Below, in pieces: positions 15,101-27,888 of a stretch of DNA of 64,000 bases. The notes beneath the pieces are model-generated. The model saw nothing but the letters and a program-made list of their open reading frames with translations, made no database searches and was not told where the DNA came from. The stretch comes from Pecten maximus (taxonomy: Eukaryota). Location: the NCBI RefSeq assembly GCF_902652985.1, contig NC_047022.1:39866001-39930000 (forward strand), given 5' to 3'. The position numbers and the translations under genes were made by a program. How positions within the stretch are numbered: position 1 is the stretch's first letter; every line of letters begins with the position of its first letter.

Positions 15101-18100
15101 GAAGCTTTAAGGTGGGTACATAGTTATGGTAGATTAATGTATACAGCTAGTCTGTAATCATACCACAAAAACAGGAAGGTGGGTACATAGTTATGGTAGA
15201 TTAATGTATACAGCTAGTCTGTAATCATACCACAAAAATAACCAGGAAGGTGGGTACATAGTTATGGTAGATAATTAATGTATACTTACAGCATAATAAC
15301 ACTGTCCATGCTTAAGGTCCACCATATTATATCAGTGGTATGTATAATTTCTTATTTTCATGTGATCTGATTTCACTATGTGTTTCTTACATATTACATT
15401 ATACAAATTGTTCATGTCTGGGTACTAAATTCCTTGGTAGTTTAAAGACATTAATTACACATTTATAGCCCAATTTTACATAACAACACATTCTGTAACT
15501 CTGTGCATGTACTAAACCTTATACACATTCTATTACTCTGTATTTGAACTATATAAATTATTATGCAATGTAATTCATGTTTAAGAATTTATCATTATTT
15601 GTACATATGGAAGTAAAGTCCTTGCAAAGGATAATCATATATATATATATTATACCTGTTGTTCTTGCAGAGTTTTAAATGTTGGTATTGGTCCAGAGCT
15701 TGGAGTGGACATCGAGACCTCATTACTACTGGGGACACTGTGGCCATTGGTAAGTGAGGTTGACCACTGGGGCACACCAGCACTCAGGTGTGCTGCTCCA
15801 TACTCCTTGTAGATACGGGACAGTAAAGCTTTCTCCGTCTCAGTTAAGTCAGCATTGGAATCATTCCTGGCATCAAGATAACTACCCTCAAATGCTCCTT
15901 GTGGCATATGGTTTCTGTGATGGGGATCTTCATTACGTAAGTCAGCATTGGAATCATTCCTGGCATCAAGATAACTACCCTCAAATGCTCCTTGTGGCAT
16001 CTGGTTTCTGTGACGGGGATCTTCATTACGTAGCACTCGGTTGTAAATACTATCCACTAACTCTATGGGTGGTTCCTGTTGTACAGTTTGACCATGATAT
16101 GGGTCCGACGAGAATTTGGCGTATGTTTCACCAGTACTGTTTTCCCTGGCCAGTACCTGTTGGTATCGCTGATAGGCCCCAGGGTCAGTGAAGTTCACAT
16201 TATATCGCTGTAAGTCCTCCTCTGTGATGAGAGGTCCCCTATTCTGTGTACCCAGAGCCTGACCAGGACGCTCACTATGAAACTGGGCATGATGTCTGAA
16301 TTGTGGCACAGCATGTGGTCTATCTGATCCCATGTCATTCAATGATCTTGAAGACTGTCCTTCATGACTTTGAATTTGTTGTACATGAGAATTTGTTAGT
16401 CCTGAACTAGGAGCATATAAACTTGAGGACTGAAGAATTCTGTGATCGATTCTTTTCGTCATTGCCTGAATTTTGAGACAATCGTACAGAAATTGGATCC
16501 TGGAATATTTCGGAGTTCAGAAGATGTGGATCTAGTTGAGCACTATCACCATTGTAACTGGGATGACCTAGTACATCAGCACCGACCTCTTGTGATCCAT
16601 ACCTATTGTACTGTCTCCCATCACCCTGATCCACATGAAGGTCCATCTTTTGGTCTACACGACTATCAGTCAACTGATTTTTATTCAGACCTCTGTAAAC
16701 ATCTGAAGGCAAATTACCATTATAACTAACATTTCCACCATCTTGAAAACTGTTTTCTGATACTGGTATTACAGGATTTCCATTTTCTTGGGATGCCAAA
16801 ACTGAAGGTTGCCCATGATTTAAATTATATAGGACAGGATTACCATTATCTACTGGATGTTTGTTCACTTCCTCTTCCTCTCTAGGTATAGAAGTGTACA
16901 CAGGGACACTGCCTTTTTCAGGGAAAGATTTATGATTTCTGGAGCTATCAGAAAGCATTGAGCTATGAGAACTGTGAGAGGACTGGTCAGCATTCAGAGG
17001 CTGCGACACAAATTCCTTACCATTACCTTTATCCGTTTGTCTAACACTGAAAGTTTTTGGAATTTTGCTGTTCTTCTTACAGGTGACATTTTCCCCTGTT
17101 TCCAAAATTAAACACTCTTTTTCATTTGGTCCCACCGTTCTACACACTTTATAATTACCATAGTTTTCAGGAAATTCAGGATATGCTGCCAAGGGAGCTA
17201 ACTTGCTGTGTGGTCCACAACAATCTGTGTCGGACATTGTATCCTCAACAGTATACTTCTGAGTTCCCTTCCCACAAATAACAATGCCTTCTGGGTTGTC
17301 TGTCTGGGTACTTTCACCAGAAACCATGGAAATATCAAATGTTTCATTTTCCATCTCTGAATCCAAAGTAATATTAGATCTTTTAAGAAGTTCCAACCCA
17401 CTACCTCCTGATGAATCTTCCAGGTATGTACTATTATCGATCTGAAAGTCTGCAAGACTCCTGGTAATTTGTTGCCCACCACTCTGGTCCAGTGACCTGT
17501 CCTCTGTACCTGTAGCCTGATACATTGGGGGTGATGTCCCACCATTAATTGTAGCTTTGATGTCTCCGTGTATATTAGTAGCTTGATGATACTGGGGCAC
17601 ACTGTTATCAATTGTGGGTTTTACACCTACATCTGTAGGCAAAGATATCTGTGAACCAGCATCGGTTGTATCATCATGAAGTGAAGTGTCACTTTCATTG
17701 AAAGAGGATACTGCATGGCCTAGAACATGTTGAACAATTAGCTGAGCAAACTGACTAGAATCCTCTTCTTCAGATTCATCGGCCACTTCTTTGCTTTCTT
17801 CCTTTCTTCTTTCCTCAATGTCACCAGCTTGGTCATCATCACCATCTTTGGTTTCACTAGTAATATACAAATTGGCTGTCATGTCTGGTTGGGTATTTCC
17901 ATCTGAAGATTGACCTTCATCTGTCTCTGGACTTACTTGGTCCTCATTTTTCTGCTCCGTGTATTGGTTAAAAGAGTTCATACTATCATATTCCTCTAGT
18001 TGTGTGCTTGACACAGAATTCAGACTCTGTTGATCATCTTGTCCAACTTGGCCTTGTTGCTGTGACTGTAAACTTAATGGTGATCCTTTTTCCGACATCT

Positions 18101-18989
18101 CATGTAACTGAACATCAGACAATGTACCGTCTTTTGACACCTCTTCCTCAGGAAAAGCCGGGAAAATATTACCATCTTCAGATTTCTCTTGCAAGGATTT
18201 TTCTTGAGAGATGTTGCCATCTTGAACCTGTAACCTGGGAGAAACAGTACCATCAGGTTGTGATGTAATTAATACAGGTGACACAGATTCTTTATGAATC
18301 AACTGACCATACTCTTCTGGATTACTGTTATCTCTGGGACTTGAATCTGACTGGTCTGAAGTTGGAAACTTATAATTATTGTCTTCTGGATTATCAGCAA
18401 AGTTTGTACTTGTAGAATCTAATTCATCTTCCTGAGAATCAGATTCATTGTTGACACTGATACGGTTGGCTCCCTGTGAAATGATTGGTACTGTTTCCAC
18501 AACAGACCCATTATCTGATTGATCAACACTTTCTATCTCTAACCCACAATTTTCTGATTGACCTACAACACCTTCAATGACTGAATCATTCTCTGATTGG
18601 TTAATGTTTTGTCCCAAAATAACAGAACCAGTTTCTGACTGGTCAAAGCTAATATCCAGATCTGGTATGTGTATCTCTGTTGCCTCACTACCATCCTGAG
18701 TGAAGCTTGACTGGTCCTCAATGGATTCAGAAGAGTCAATAACAGATTTCATCAACTCTCTTACTTCCCTGTCTGCCTTTGTAGTCAGGGTTGTCTCGGT
18801 GGAAGCTACTGACTCTTCATCATTTATCTGGACACCTTCCTCTGGAGATGGTGTAGTGTTGCCTTCTGTGCCATGTGCTGTGCCATCTTCCTTAGAGATG
18901 GTATACGTAGGACCTGACCCACCATCAGCCCCTTCCATCCTCATATGGCCATCCTCTGTCTGAACTGTACCATCACCTTCTCCTTCCAT
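130..18989 (-). CDS. MPHOSPH9: M-phase phosphoprotein 9 (centriolar/cilia regulator), multi-exon, ~2140 aa if the frameshift is corrected
   Basis: Phase-consistent exons (minus strand): 15656-18989, 14715-14941, 13777-14374, 13362-13573, 12673-12906, 12388-12436, 11866-12027, 10216-10269, 10035-10082, 8850-8914, 8528-8611, 5847-6167, 4417-4970, 3746-3850, 2266-2411, 891-977, 705-758, 130-225. C-terminus LESALSRLPS...LDRVERELGSVRMSLKRYNVLK* and LREKHAKHMADLREYYE match MPHOSPH9 conserved blocks as recalled. The first coding exon has a frame break (see findings). Confidence 0.9.
1266..2309. repeat. 54-bp (and 44-bp variant) minisatellite containing an MPHOSPH9 exon end plus donor, ~20 copies
   Basis: Unit catacttactgtaggttgtcgtggagaagcaggagaggccttgggtttagatgt; the last copy overlaps exon 2266-2411. 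Confidence 0.95.
3746..3850 (-). CDS. MPHOSPH9: Candidate symmetric (phase 1-1) 105-nt Arg/Ser-rich cassette exon of MPHOSPH9
   Basis: Acceptor TTCTTGTTCAG and donor A|GTAAGT; encodes VMRSPRGRSRPRSRSSSPCVRRRPSSLPRVPRPCR; the frame is kept whether the exon is included or skipped. Confidence 0.7.
5045..5743. repeat. 27-bp minisatellite (with 9-bp subunit duplications)
   Basis: tatcaataaaactccaagtatcacttc. Confidence 0.95.
6201..6519. repeat. 50-bp tandem repeat, ~6 copies
   Basis: atacataacctaccaatgtaaatcattaatcatgatagtgatta... Confidence 0.9.
6569..8561. repeat. 45-bp minisatellite containing an MPHOSPH9 exon end plus donor, ~44 copies
   Basis: gataccctgggagattttatggtgtaggttattagatact(t/a)acct; the last copy overlaps exon 8528-8611. 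Confidence 0.95.
9255..9972 (-). mobile_element. Helentron-like element containing a 50-bp tandem array (9418-9908, ~10 copies)
   Basis: Hairpin gtattgctaaagcaatac, tgaccttg core, terminal agtcccc...ggggact. Confidence 0.55.
10310..10620 (-). mobile_element. Degenerate SINE
   Basis: aaagtatccttctcaaggacacaac (CORE-like, reversed) and a tRNA-head remnant accactagaccacc. Confidence 0.45.
11502..11666. repeat. 33-bp perfect tandem repeat, 5 copies
   Basis: taccatgtacaatgaccactcgttgtgtaacct. Confidence 0.95.
14934..15285. repeat. ~70-bp tandem repeat containing an MPHOSPH9 acceptor, 5 copies
   Basis: cagctagtctgtaatcataccacaaaa..., i.e. minus-strand TTTTGTGGTATGATTACAG|ACTAGCTG. Confidence 0.9.
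15846..16031 (-). repeat. 93-bp in-frame coding duplication in MPHOSPH9
   Basis: RNEDP(R/H)HRN(Q/H)MPQGAFEGSYLDARNDSNADL occurs twice. Confidence 0.9.
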
Positions 18990-20626
18990 ACTAGTATGTA
19001 GTATTGATTATGATCTGAAACATAACAAATATGTATCAATATTAAAATATGCAACATAGTGCCCATTTTTGAGAAGAAAATACAAATATGAAATTTGGTT
19101 TCAGGAGTATGAAGTTATTGCAAGCAATCACAGTTGAAGCTTTAAATGTTTTGTTTGTTATTGGCCAACAAATTAAACTTTACCTCTAAGTGTGAGGGTG
19201 TCATTTGGACTTAAAAAAGTGAAACTAGTTCAACACTAGGCAGAAGAACACACACAGTGAGTCTTGCTGTTAATTAAGTACATTGTACACCAAATTTATT
19301 TCACCATTCTGCAAATTAAATATCTCCATTTATAAACTCTGAACTGATGATGGGTCTATTTTAGCTTTTAATAAAACTTTTTAATCCTGTGACTAGTTCA
19401 AAAGAAACATCCAAATAGTAGTGCCTCTTGAATTTTGTTTTGTTTTGATCTTTCAATCAGTTTGGTCCCTTACTTCAACACACACACCTAGATTTTGACA
19501 GGATTAGAAAAGTCATGCAGTCATCATGCTGCCCAAAGATATCTGGGGAAAATACAGTTTGAAGAAGAGTGAGCTTTCTTAGTTGAATGCTATGTACATG
19601 ACAGTGACTGTATACACGGTATAGTACATTTATATATGCTATATTTTAAGCTATTATTCATTTAACTCAATTTTGATGGGATCAGATCTGGGAGCGGACA
19701 GCTATTTGTTAATTTACTATAGATATATCTTTATATTATGGTGAAATGATCATGAGAAACACAATTTCAATGCTGGTCTTCTAGGCTATATATATAGTAA
19801 GATACTGTTAATGGCCCAGCATATACCACTCACACTGGACATATTCCTGTGGTGAATTGTTGCAAATTGGACAGCACAGCATATAGCCATTGGACCTTCT
19901 AAATCTGGCCAAGATTACATTCTTCTTTACATGTACATCTTTCTTTTAATGTTGACTGAAACAATACACTGGTGTATTTCTAATTTTGGCTCTGGATGCT
20001 TTATATACTTTTCCCTTCACCTTAGTGGAAGATATATTCAAGTTATATTTTACACCTCAAGAAGCCGAGGGAACAGTTTGCACTTTAACATTTGCACTTT
20101 TAACTATTGATTTAAAAAAAAATTAATTAAGATATATGAATCATCAGTAAAATCATGCCTTTAATTTTTACAATTTTAAAAATACAGTTATCCCTTAAGC
20201 TTTGAAGCAGCTTAAAGTATTCAGTCTTAAGATATTAAATTAGTTTGTCAAAAACTGGTCTGAATTTGAACCTCCCCTTTGGGAATTTCAAGCCATATGA
20301 TTGTATCATGATCAGGCCTAGGAGATTGGTTAGTTTCAAATCCTGTCAATATGAAGAGCATGTTTGAGATTTTCTTTAACATCAGGGGTTTATACAAAAT
20401 TGAAAAATAAAATCACAGGAAGCGCGATGAGGCTACTGAGATTATGAGATTATCAACGAGTACTGCTGTCAGTTTACTCATCGACTTTGCATATAGTTTG
20501 TGTTTACATTTTGGGTCAAAACAAACAACAGCATATACGACCTACTCATCCTATAATTGACGCTTCTAGAGGTAAAACTGGTAAGTCACTTTAGTTTCAA
20601 AGTAAACCTGTGCATCTGATACTTAC

Positions 20627-21003
20627 TGCTCGGGGAAAGATTCCATGCATACACACAACATGTTATCGGAGCAAAGGAACTTTTCAGCTTCTCTCTCTTC
20701 CTGTCTCAAGTCAAAACATGCGTCTGCCTCCGCGGGGTCATGTGGTGTAACACGCGAGTATAGTGTAGACCCTTCAGTCGACGTTTATCGACAACACTAT
20801 TCTAATATAATTATAATAACCAGCTTAGCCACACCATCATTCAATTATACTGTATACGTGATCGTTTTATCTATTCCAGCAAGAATCATTTCAAAACAAA
20901 TTAAAAGCGTTAAGAAAATTAACGTAATACTGTGTGCTCGCGTCTAATTTAGCCAGATGAATCCGTGTCACAAAAACGTTTGAAGAGTATGGACGAAGGG
21001 ATG
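20627..21003. promoter_or_regulatory. Putative bidirectional promoter and first exons of MPHOSPH9 (-) and MTRFR (+)
   Basis: Local CpG enrichment; minus-strand donor GTAAGT at 20621-20626; plus-strand donor ATG|GTAGGC at 21003; acceptor at 19014 just upstream of the MPHOSPH9 ATG. Confidence 0.6.
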
Positions 21004-22474
21004 GTAGGCATTGTCTACTTTAATTTAATCTCGAGACTTGAAGTTAAAGTCGTTAAAAGCAGAAAAGAAATATAATTTATTTGTGTTAACATGCAATAGG
21101 CCTACAATACATTATGATATGTTCACACAAATATGACAAACTTGACGACAAGTCACACTCGTCTGCTGAGGGAGGAGTGCCATCCACTAAATTACATAAC
21201 CACACTTTCTAACATTTTTTATGTTTTAATTAAGTGGCATACTGGTTAAAATTCACAAATTTATTTAAAGGCTACTAATAAGGCAAGATGCAGGGTCACC
21301 TTCATGACCACATAAGTTTCTATGGGTACTTTTGTTAAGACTCTTAAGCTTGCTCGCTCCCATATGAGGCACTCACAAGCTAGTATAATAACTAATTAAC
21401 AAAATTAACAAAAAATTGTAAAATATAATTAAAGTATAGGCCTACATATTGAGAAGAGGTTAAAGGAGCTGGTCGGATTAACCTTAACACAAACCCAACA
21501 AATCAAGAACCTTTAACAGCTATAGAACTTATGCATTTTTACCCAACTTGGGGCTTGAGAATTAATTTTTGTATTTCGAGTTATAACTTTCTCAAGCATC
21601 AAACCCCTGGAATCTTTCCTGGAGGGGAAGTACACATATGTTACTCTGGTAAATACTCTTATACTATAAATAACTATAGCTGAAATATACTGCTTCGCTA
21701 GATAGAATAATTTGATTGGTTGAGCATTGAAATTAAGATACAGTTTATCATGACAATTCTATTACATACATGCATGTATATATGTGACTGTTAAATACAT
21801 GTGAATATATAGACTTTGGTATAATTCACAACTGTATTATTGTATATGTATATGTCTACTCTCCAATGTGTCTTGTATTACAAGGAAATAAAAGAATCTG
21901 AATCTGAAGCTAAAAAAAAAAAAAAAAAAAATTCACAACTGAATGATTTGAGCTCGACATTTTCGGTTATTTCACTGTCACTTTCATGAGACAAATGACT
22001 AAGTATGTACATATACAGCAGCAATGTTGAAGATGATAGTATAATATATTCACATTCACACTCATTCCAACCTGTAGAGCGTGACGTTTCATACTTTGTG
22101 TTTATTAATTGCATCCGTCTCTGTCAACATCTGACTCTGTAAGAATAATTCATTAGAAGGGCTTTTTCAGTTTTCATCATAAGGTTAACTTCAATATTTC
22201 AGAAGTAATATCTCTTGTTGGTTCTTACCAGTACACGTATTTATAAAACCTTGTTCCCCTGTGGACTATTTTTGCTTTTGATGATTTTCAAAGGAGTTAT
22301 GCCCCTTTTTATAATTTTTACTTATACTGTAGTTAAGAATTATTATGTATCTTTAAAAAAATGGCATGCTGAACTTCTACTTAGTATTAACTTAAAGGAA
22401 AAACCTTTTAATTTCAAATTTAAAGTGTTCGAAACATTTTTTAATTGTAGAATATTTCTTCATTTTGATTGCAG

Positions 22475-22520
22475 ACTAAAAACTGATACAACGTACAGTA
22501 CATGTCAGACAGGCCTCTAT
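22475..22520 (+). other. Probable 46-nt 5' exon of the plus-strand transcript
   Basis: TTCTTCATTTTGATTGCAG acceptor and AT|GTAAGT donor. Confidence 0.45.
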
Positions 22521-22549
22521 GTAAGTATATGAAATCTATTTGGGTAGGC

Positions 22550-24184
22550 TTTTAGCTAATCTTGTCCAAAGGAAGTAAGCTTATGCAATGGCGCAGTGTC
22601 CATCGTCCATTATACATCAGTCAATGTTTCCTTAAAGTGCTACAAGTGTGGAATGTCTGAATGTTTCTTGAGCAAGTTTGATCTGGAACATTATTTTGCA
22701 AAGGAGATCTAATGTTACGGGCACATATGGTGTCCGGACCATAACTCCAATACTACTCGACCAAGGCTCTCCATACTTGACACAAATATACATCTTGATG
22801 AGCCGGAGTGTCGCATACCAAAATCATGCCCCTTACCCCCGTATTTGCGGAGTTATTCCCCTTTGATGATTTTACTTGTCCGGACCATAACTCCAGTACT
22901 ACTCAACCAAGGCTCTCCATACTTGACAAAAAAATATACATATTGATAAGCCGGAGTGTCGCATACCAAAATCATGCCCCTTACCCCCTTATTTGTGGAG
23001 TTATTCCCCTTTGATGATTTTACTTCGGGCACATATGATGTCCGGACCATATCTCCAGTACTACTCGACCCAGGCTCTCCATACTTGACACAAATATACA
23101 TCTTGATGAGCCGGAGTGTCGCATACCAAAATCATGCCCCTTACCCCCTTATTTGTGGAGTTATTCCCCTTTGATGATTTCACTTGTCCGGACCATAACT
23201 CCAGTACTACTCGACCAAGGCTCTCCATACTTGACACAAATATACATCTTGATGAGCCGGAGTGTCGCATACCAAAATCATGCCCCTTACCCCCGTATTT
23301 GCGGAGTTATTCCCCTTTGATGATTTTACTTGTCCGGACCATAACTCCAGTACTACTCGACCAAGGCTCTCCATACTTGACAAAAAAATATACATATTGA
23401 TAAGCCGGAGTGTCGCATACCAAAATCATGCCCCTTACCCCCGTATTTGTGGAGTTATTTCCCTTTGATGATTTTACTTTTCCTGACCATAACTCCAATA
23501 CTACTCAACCCAGGCTCTCCATACTTGAAACAAATATACATCTTGATGAGCTGGAGTGTCATATACCAAAATCATGCCCCTTACCCCAGTATTTGCGGAG
23601 TTATTCCCCTTTGATGATTTTACTTGTCCGGACCATAACTCCATTACTGCTGGACCCAGGCAGCATGAGGCTCTCCATACTTGACACAAATATACATCTT
23701 GATGAGCCGGAGTGTCGCATACCAAAATCATGCCCCTTATCCCCGTATTTGCAGAGTTATTCCCCTTTGATGATTTTGTAATGGCTCACCATTCACTTAA
23801 TAATGGTATTAGGAGGCTGATTCTTTGCAAAGAAGTTTTTTTGTATATATTCTGTATATAAACATGTGAACTAATTTTTGTGTTGTGTCTAAACCAAGGT
23901 TTCCCATATTTGAAACATATATGTATACATCTCATCATTTAAAGTTGCCCTTTGGTTTCGACTACACACCATTATGTGTATCAATATCTCCTTCCAACTT
24001 TCCAACAATGATACTTCATTTTAAAGCATTACAACCTGTGAAACTACCCCCTTCCAAGTGTCAAATATTGCGGCGGGCGTATGTTGTGGCCCTCCAACGG
24101 GCCCTTGTTCAACTTAATGAGGTAATTTTTCCATGATTACAAAAATGTCCAGGTGAGCAATGTAGGTTATCTGGGCCTCTTCTT
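22550..24184 (+). mobile_element. Nested or composite non-autonomous Helentrons with ~146-160-bp core repeats (22735-23778)
   Basis: Degenerate ttagct..aagctt 5' end and two 3' ends (ggccctccaacgggcc at ~24090-24104; caggtgagc...gggcctctt at 24150-24181); about 7 core units. Confidence 0.7.
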
Positions 24185-24697
24185 ATATAACATCCTACAT
24201 AATTACCATTAAAATGAGTGTTACTATAGTGGTGACCCTCTCTTATGAGACCACCTATATAGCTATGGGACAGGTATCAGATGGCCTTATAATGGGGTGG
24301 TCTTTCTTAACTGTTTTGTAGCTGTAATACTTTAGTGGAACTGGGCTAAGCTGAATACTAGCAGCCTGAGTTAGCTCAAATGGTGAGAGCTTCTGGCTAG
24401 AGTTGGGACATTCGGGTTTCAGCCCCAGTCTAATCATTGAAATCTTTCTATCCTATTACCTTTGACACCAAACTAAATACATGTGTATACACACAAAGCT
24501 GGTTTATAGGTACAATGTACTTGTGTGTGTTTTCAGGGATGAATGCTGGAGTAGTGTAGTGGAACTGGACTGGGTTGAATGCCGGTGACTGGGTAGCTCA
24601 AATAATTAGGGCTTCAACCTGAAGTTCATGAATTCCCTGGTTTGATCCTGCATTTTTCCTGTCCTATTGCAATATTGTGTCTTGGGCAACTTTCTAG

Positions 24698-27596
24698 TTA
24701 GGTCATCTGACCCGAAGGGTCAAGATGACCTATAGTCATCATGCTTCGTCCGTCGTCGTGCGCCGTCCGCCGTCCGCCGTGCGCCGTGCGCCGTGCGTAA
24801 ACTTTTCACATTTCAAACTTCTTCTCAAGTTCCACCAGTGGGATTGAGCTGAAACTTGCCTGAAATGATCCTGAGATGGTCCTGACCAAGTGTTGTTATT
24901 TTTCGGGTAGGTCCGAAATCCAAGATGGCTGCCATAGCCGCCATTTTGAAAACACATTTTAAACTTCTTCTCATGATCCACCAGTGCTATTAAGCTGAAA
25001 CTTGCCTGAAATGATCCTGAGATGGTCCTTACCAAGTGTTGTTATTTTTCGGGTAGGTCCGAAATCCAAGATGGCCGCCATAGCCGCCATCTTGAAAAAC
25101 ACATTTTAAACTTCTTCTCAAGTTCCACCAGTGCTATTGGGCTGAAATTTGCCTGAAATGATCCTGATATGATGCCGACCAAGTGTTGTTATTTTTCGGG
25201 TCGGTCCGAAATCCAAGTTGGCCGCCATAGCCGCCATCTTGAAAAACACATTTTAAACTTCTTTCAAGTTCCACCAATGCTATTGAGCTGAAACTTGCCT
25301 GTAATGATTCTGATATGATCCCGACCAAGTGTTGTTATTTTTCGGGTCGGTCCGAAGTCCAAGATGACCGCCATAGCCGCCATCTTGAAAAACACATTTT
25401 TAACTTCTTCTCCAGTTCCACAAGTGCTATTAAACTGAAACTTGCCTGAAATGATACTGACATGGCCCTGACCAAGTGTTGTTATTTTTCGGTTCGGTCC
25501 GAAATCCAAGATGGCCGCCATAGCCGCCATTTTGAAAACACATTTTAAACTTCTTCTCATGTTCCACCAGTGCTATTGAGCTGAAATTTACCTGAAATGA
25601 TCCTGAGATGGTCCTGACCAAGTGTTGTTATTTTTCGGGTCGGTCCAAAATCCAAGATGGCCGCCATAGCCGCCATCTTGAAAAACACATTTTAAACTTC
25701 TTCTCAAGTTCCACCAGTGCTATTGGGCTGAAATTTGCCTGAAATGATCCTGATATGATGCCGACCAAGTGTTGTTATTTTTCGGGTCGGACCGAAATCC
25801 AAGATGGCCGCCGTGGCCGCCATCTTGAAAAACACATTTTAAACTTCTTCTCCAGTTCCACCAGTGCTATTAAACTGAAACTTGCCTGAAATGATCCTGA
25901 TATGATCCTGACCAAGTGTTGTTATTTTTCGGGTCAGTCCGAAATCCAAGATGGCCGCCATAGCCGCCATCTTGAAAAACACATTTAAAACTTCTTCTCC
26001 AGTTCCACCAGTGCTATTAAGCTGAAACTTGCCTGAAATGATCCTGATATGATCCCGACCAAGTGTTGTTATTTTTTGGGTCGGTCCAAAATCCAAGATG
26101 GCCGCCATAGCCGCCATCTTGAAAAACACATTTTAAACTTCTTCTCCAGTTCCACCAGTGCTATTAAGCTGAAACTTGCCTGAAATGATTCTGATATGAT
26201 CCTGACAAAGTGTTGTTATTTTTCGGGTCGGTCCGAAATCCAAGATGGCCGCCATAGCCGCCATCTTGAAAAACACATTTAAAACTTCTTCTCCAGTTCC
26301 ACCAGTGCTATTAAGCTGAAACTTGCCTGAAATGATCCTGATATGATCCTGACCAAGTGTTGTTATTTTTCGGGTCGGTCCGAAATCCAAGATGGCCGCC
26401 ATAGCCGCCATCTTGAAAAACACATTTTAAATTCTTCTCCAGTTCCACCAGTGCTATTAAGCTGAAACTTGCCTGAAATGATCCTGATATGATCCCGACC
26501 AAGTGTTGTTATTTTTCGGGTCAGTCCGAAATCCAAGATGGCCGCCGTGGCCGCCATCTTGAAAAACACATTTTAAACTTCTTCTCAAGTTCCACCAGTG
26601 CTATTAAGCTGAAACTTGCCTGAAATGATCCTGATATGATCCCGACCAAGTGTTGTTATTTTTTGGGTTGGTCTGAAATCCAAGATGGCCGCCATAGCCG
26701 CCATCTTGAAAAACACATTTTAAACTTCTTCTCCAGTTCCACCAGTGCTATTGGGCTGAAACTTGGCTGAAATGATCCTGATATGATGCCGACCAAGTGT
26801 TGTTATTTTTGGGTTGGTCTGAAATACAAGATGGCCGCCGTGGCCGCCATCTTGAAAAACACATTTTAAACTTCTTCTCCAGTTCCATTGGTGCCATTGA
26901 GCTGGAAATAGGTGAGGATGTCAAGGAAGGCGAGCCAACATAGTGTTATTTTTTTGGCCTCGTAAAAACTTTGAAATGGCAGCAATGGGGGCCATTTTTT
27001 AACATGATTGCGCAATCATGGTTTTCCTGAACAACACCTATTTCAAACTTCTTCTCAAATTCCATCAGTGGGATTCAGCCCTAAGTTACCAGAAATTATC
27101 CTGAGATGGCCCTTACCAAGTGTTGTTATTTATCGGGTCGGCCAGAAATCCAAGATGGCCACCATGGCAACCATCTTGAAAAAACATTTTAAACTTCTTC
27201 TCCAGTTCCACTGGTGCCATTGAGTTGGAAATTGGTGAGGATTTTAAGGAAGGAGTGCCAACAAAGTGTTAATATTTTTCTGCCTTGTAAAATCATTGAC
27301 TTGGCAGCCATGGTGGCCATTTGTAACATGATTGTGCAATCATGGTTTTCCTGAACAATGCCTATTTTAAACTTCTTCTCAAATTCCCCCAATGGAATTC
27401 AGCTGTAACTGTAACCAGAAATGATCCTGAGATGGTCCTTACCAAGTGTTGTTATTTATTGGGTCGGTCAGAAATCCAAGATGGCCACCATGGCAAACGG
27501 CGCCACTATATACTTGCTACAGAGAGTACATACTACAATTATATAAGGTTTTTAATTTAGAGTCAGATGACCGTTAAGGCCCCTGGGCCTCTTGTT
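24698..27596 (+). mobile_element. Non-autonomous Helentron (HINE, CvA/pearl-like architecture) with ~18 internal ~147-bp repeats
   Basis: 5' inverted repeat taggtcatctgacc...ggtcaagatgaccta, (CGT/CGCC)n microsatellite, core tandem array, 3' subTIR gtcagatgacc and terminal hairpin aggcccctgggcct. Confidence 0.85.
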
Positions 27597-27888
27597 TATA
27601 ATAGTATCACAGGTGTCTGTATCTAGTTAGTAGTTTTAAAAACATTTAAGCCCTCTACACCTATATCATATATTATTATAGTAGGTGTAGGGGCTAATTT
27701 TTTTTTCTATATTTACTTCAGGGGTGGCAGCTAGTCACACTAGTGTGACATGCTAACTTGCTACATGAGAGATCAGAGATTGTACCAGAATTATACAGAT
27801 CCAATCTAACTAACGGTGCTGATTACAAACTGTCTGCTTCAGTCTATTGTATAAAATATAGATTCTTTCTAGCCTTCCCTGCCCCCTC

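Noticed and set aside
24330-24670. Two tRNA-like segments (tagctcaaatgg...)
   Set aside because: Too degenerate for a cloverleaf; probably decayed repeat copies.
22678-27560. ORFs such as MSHTKIMPLTP... and MFFKMAAMAAILDF...
   Set aside because: They derive from Helentron core repeats and show no Rep or helicase motifs.
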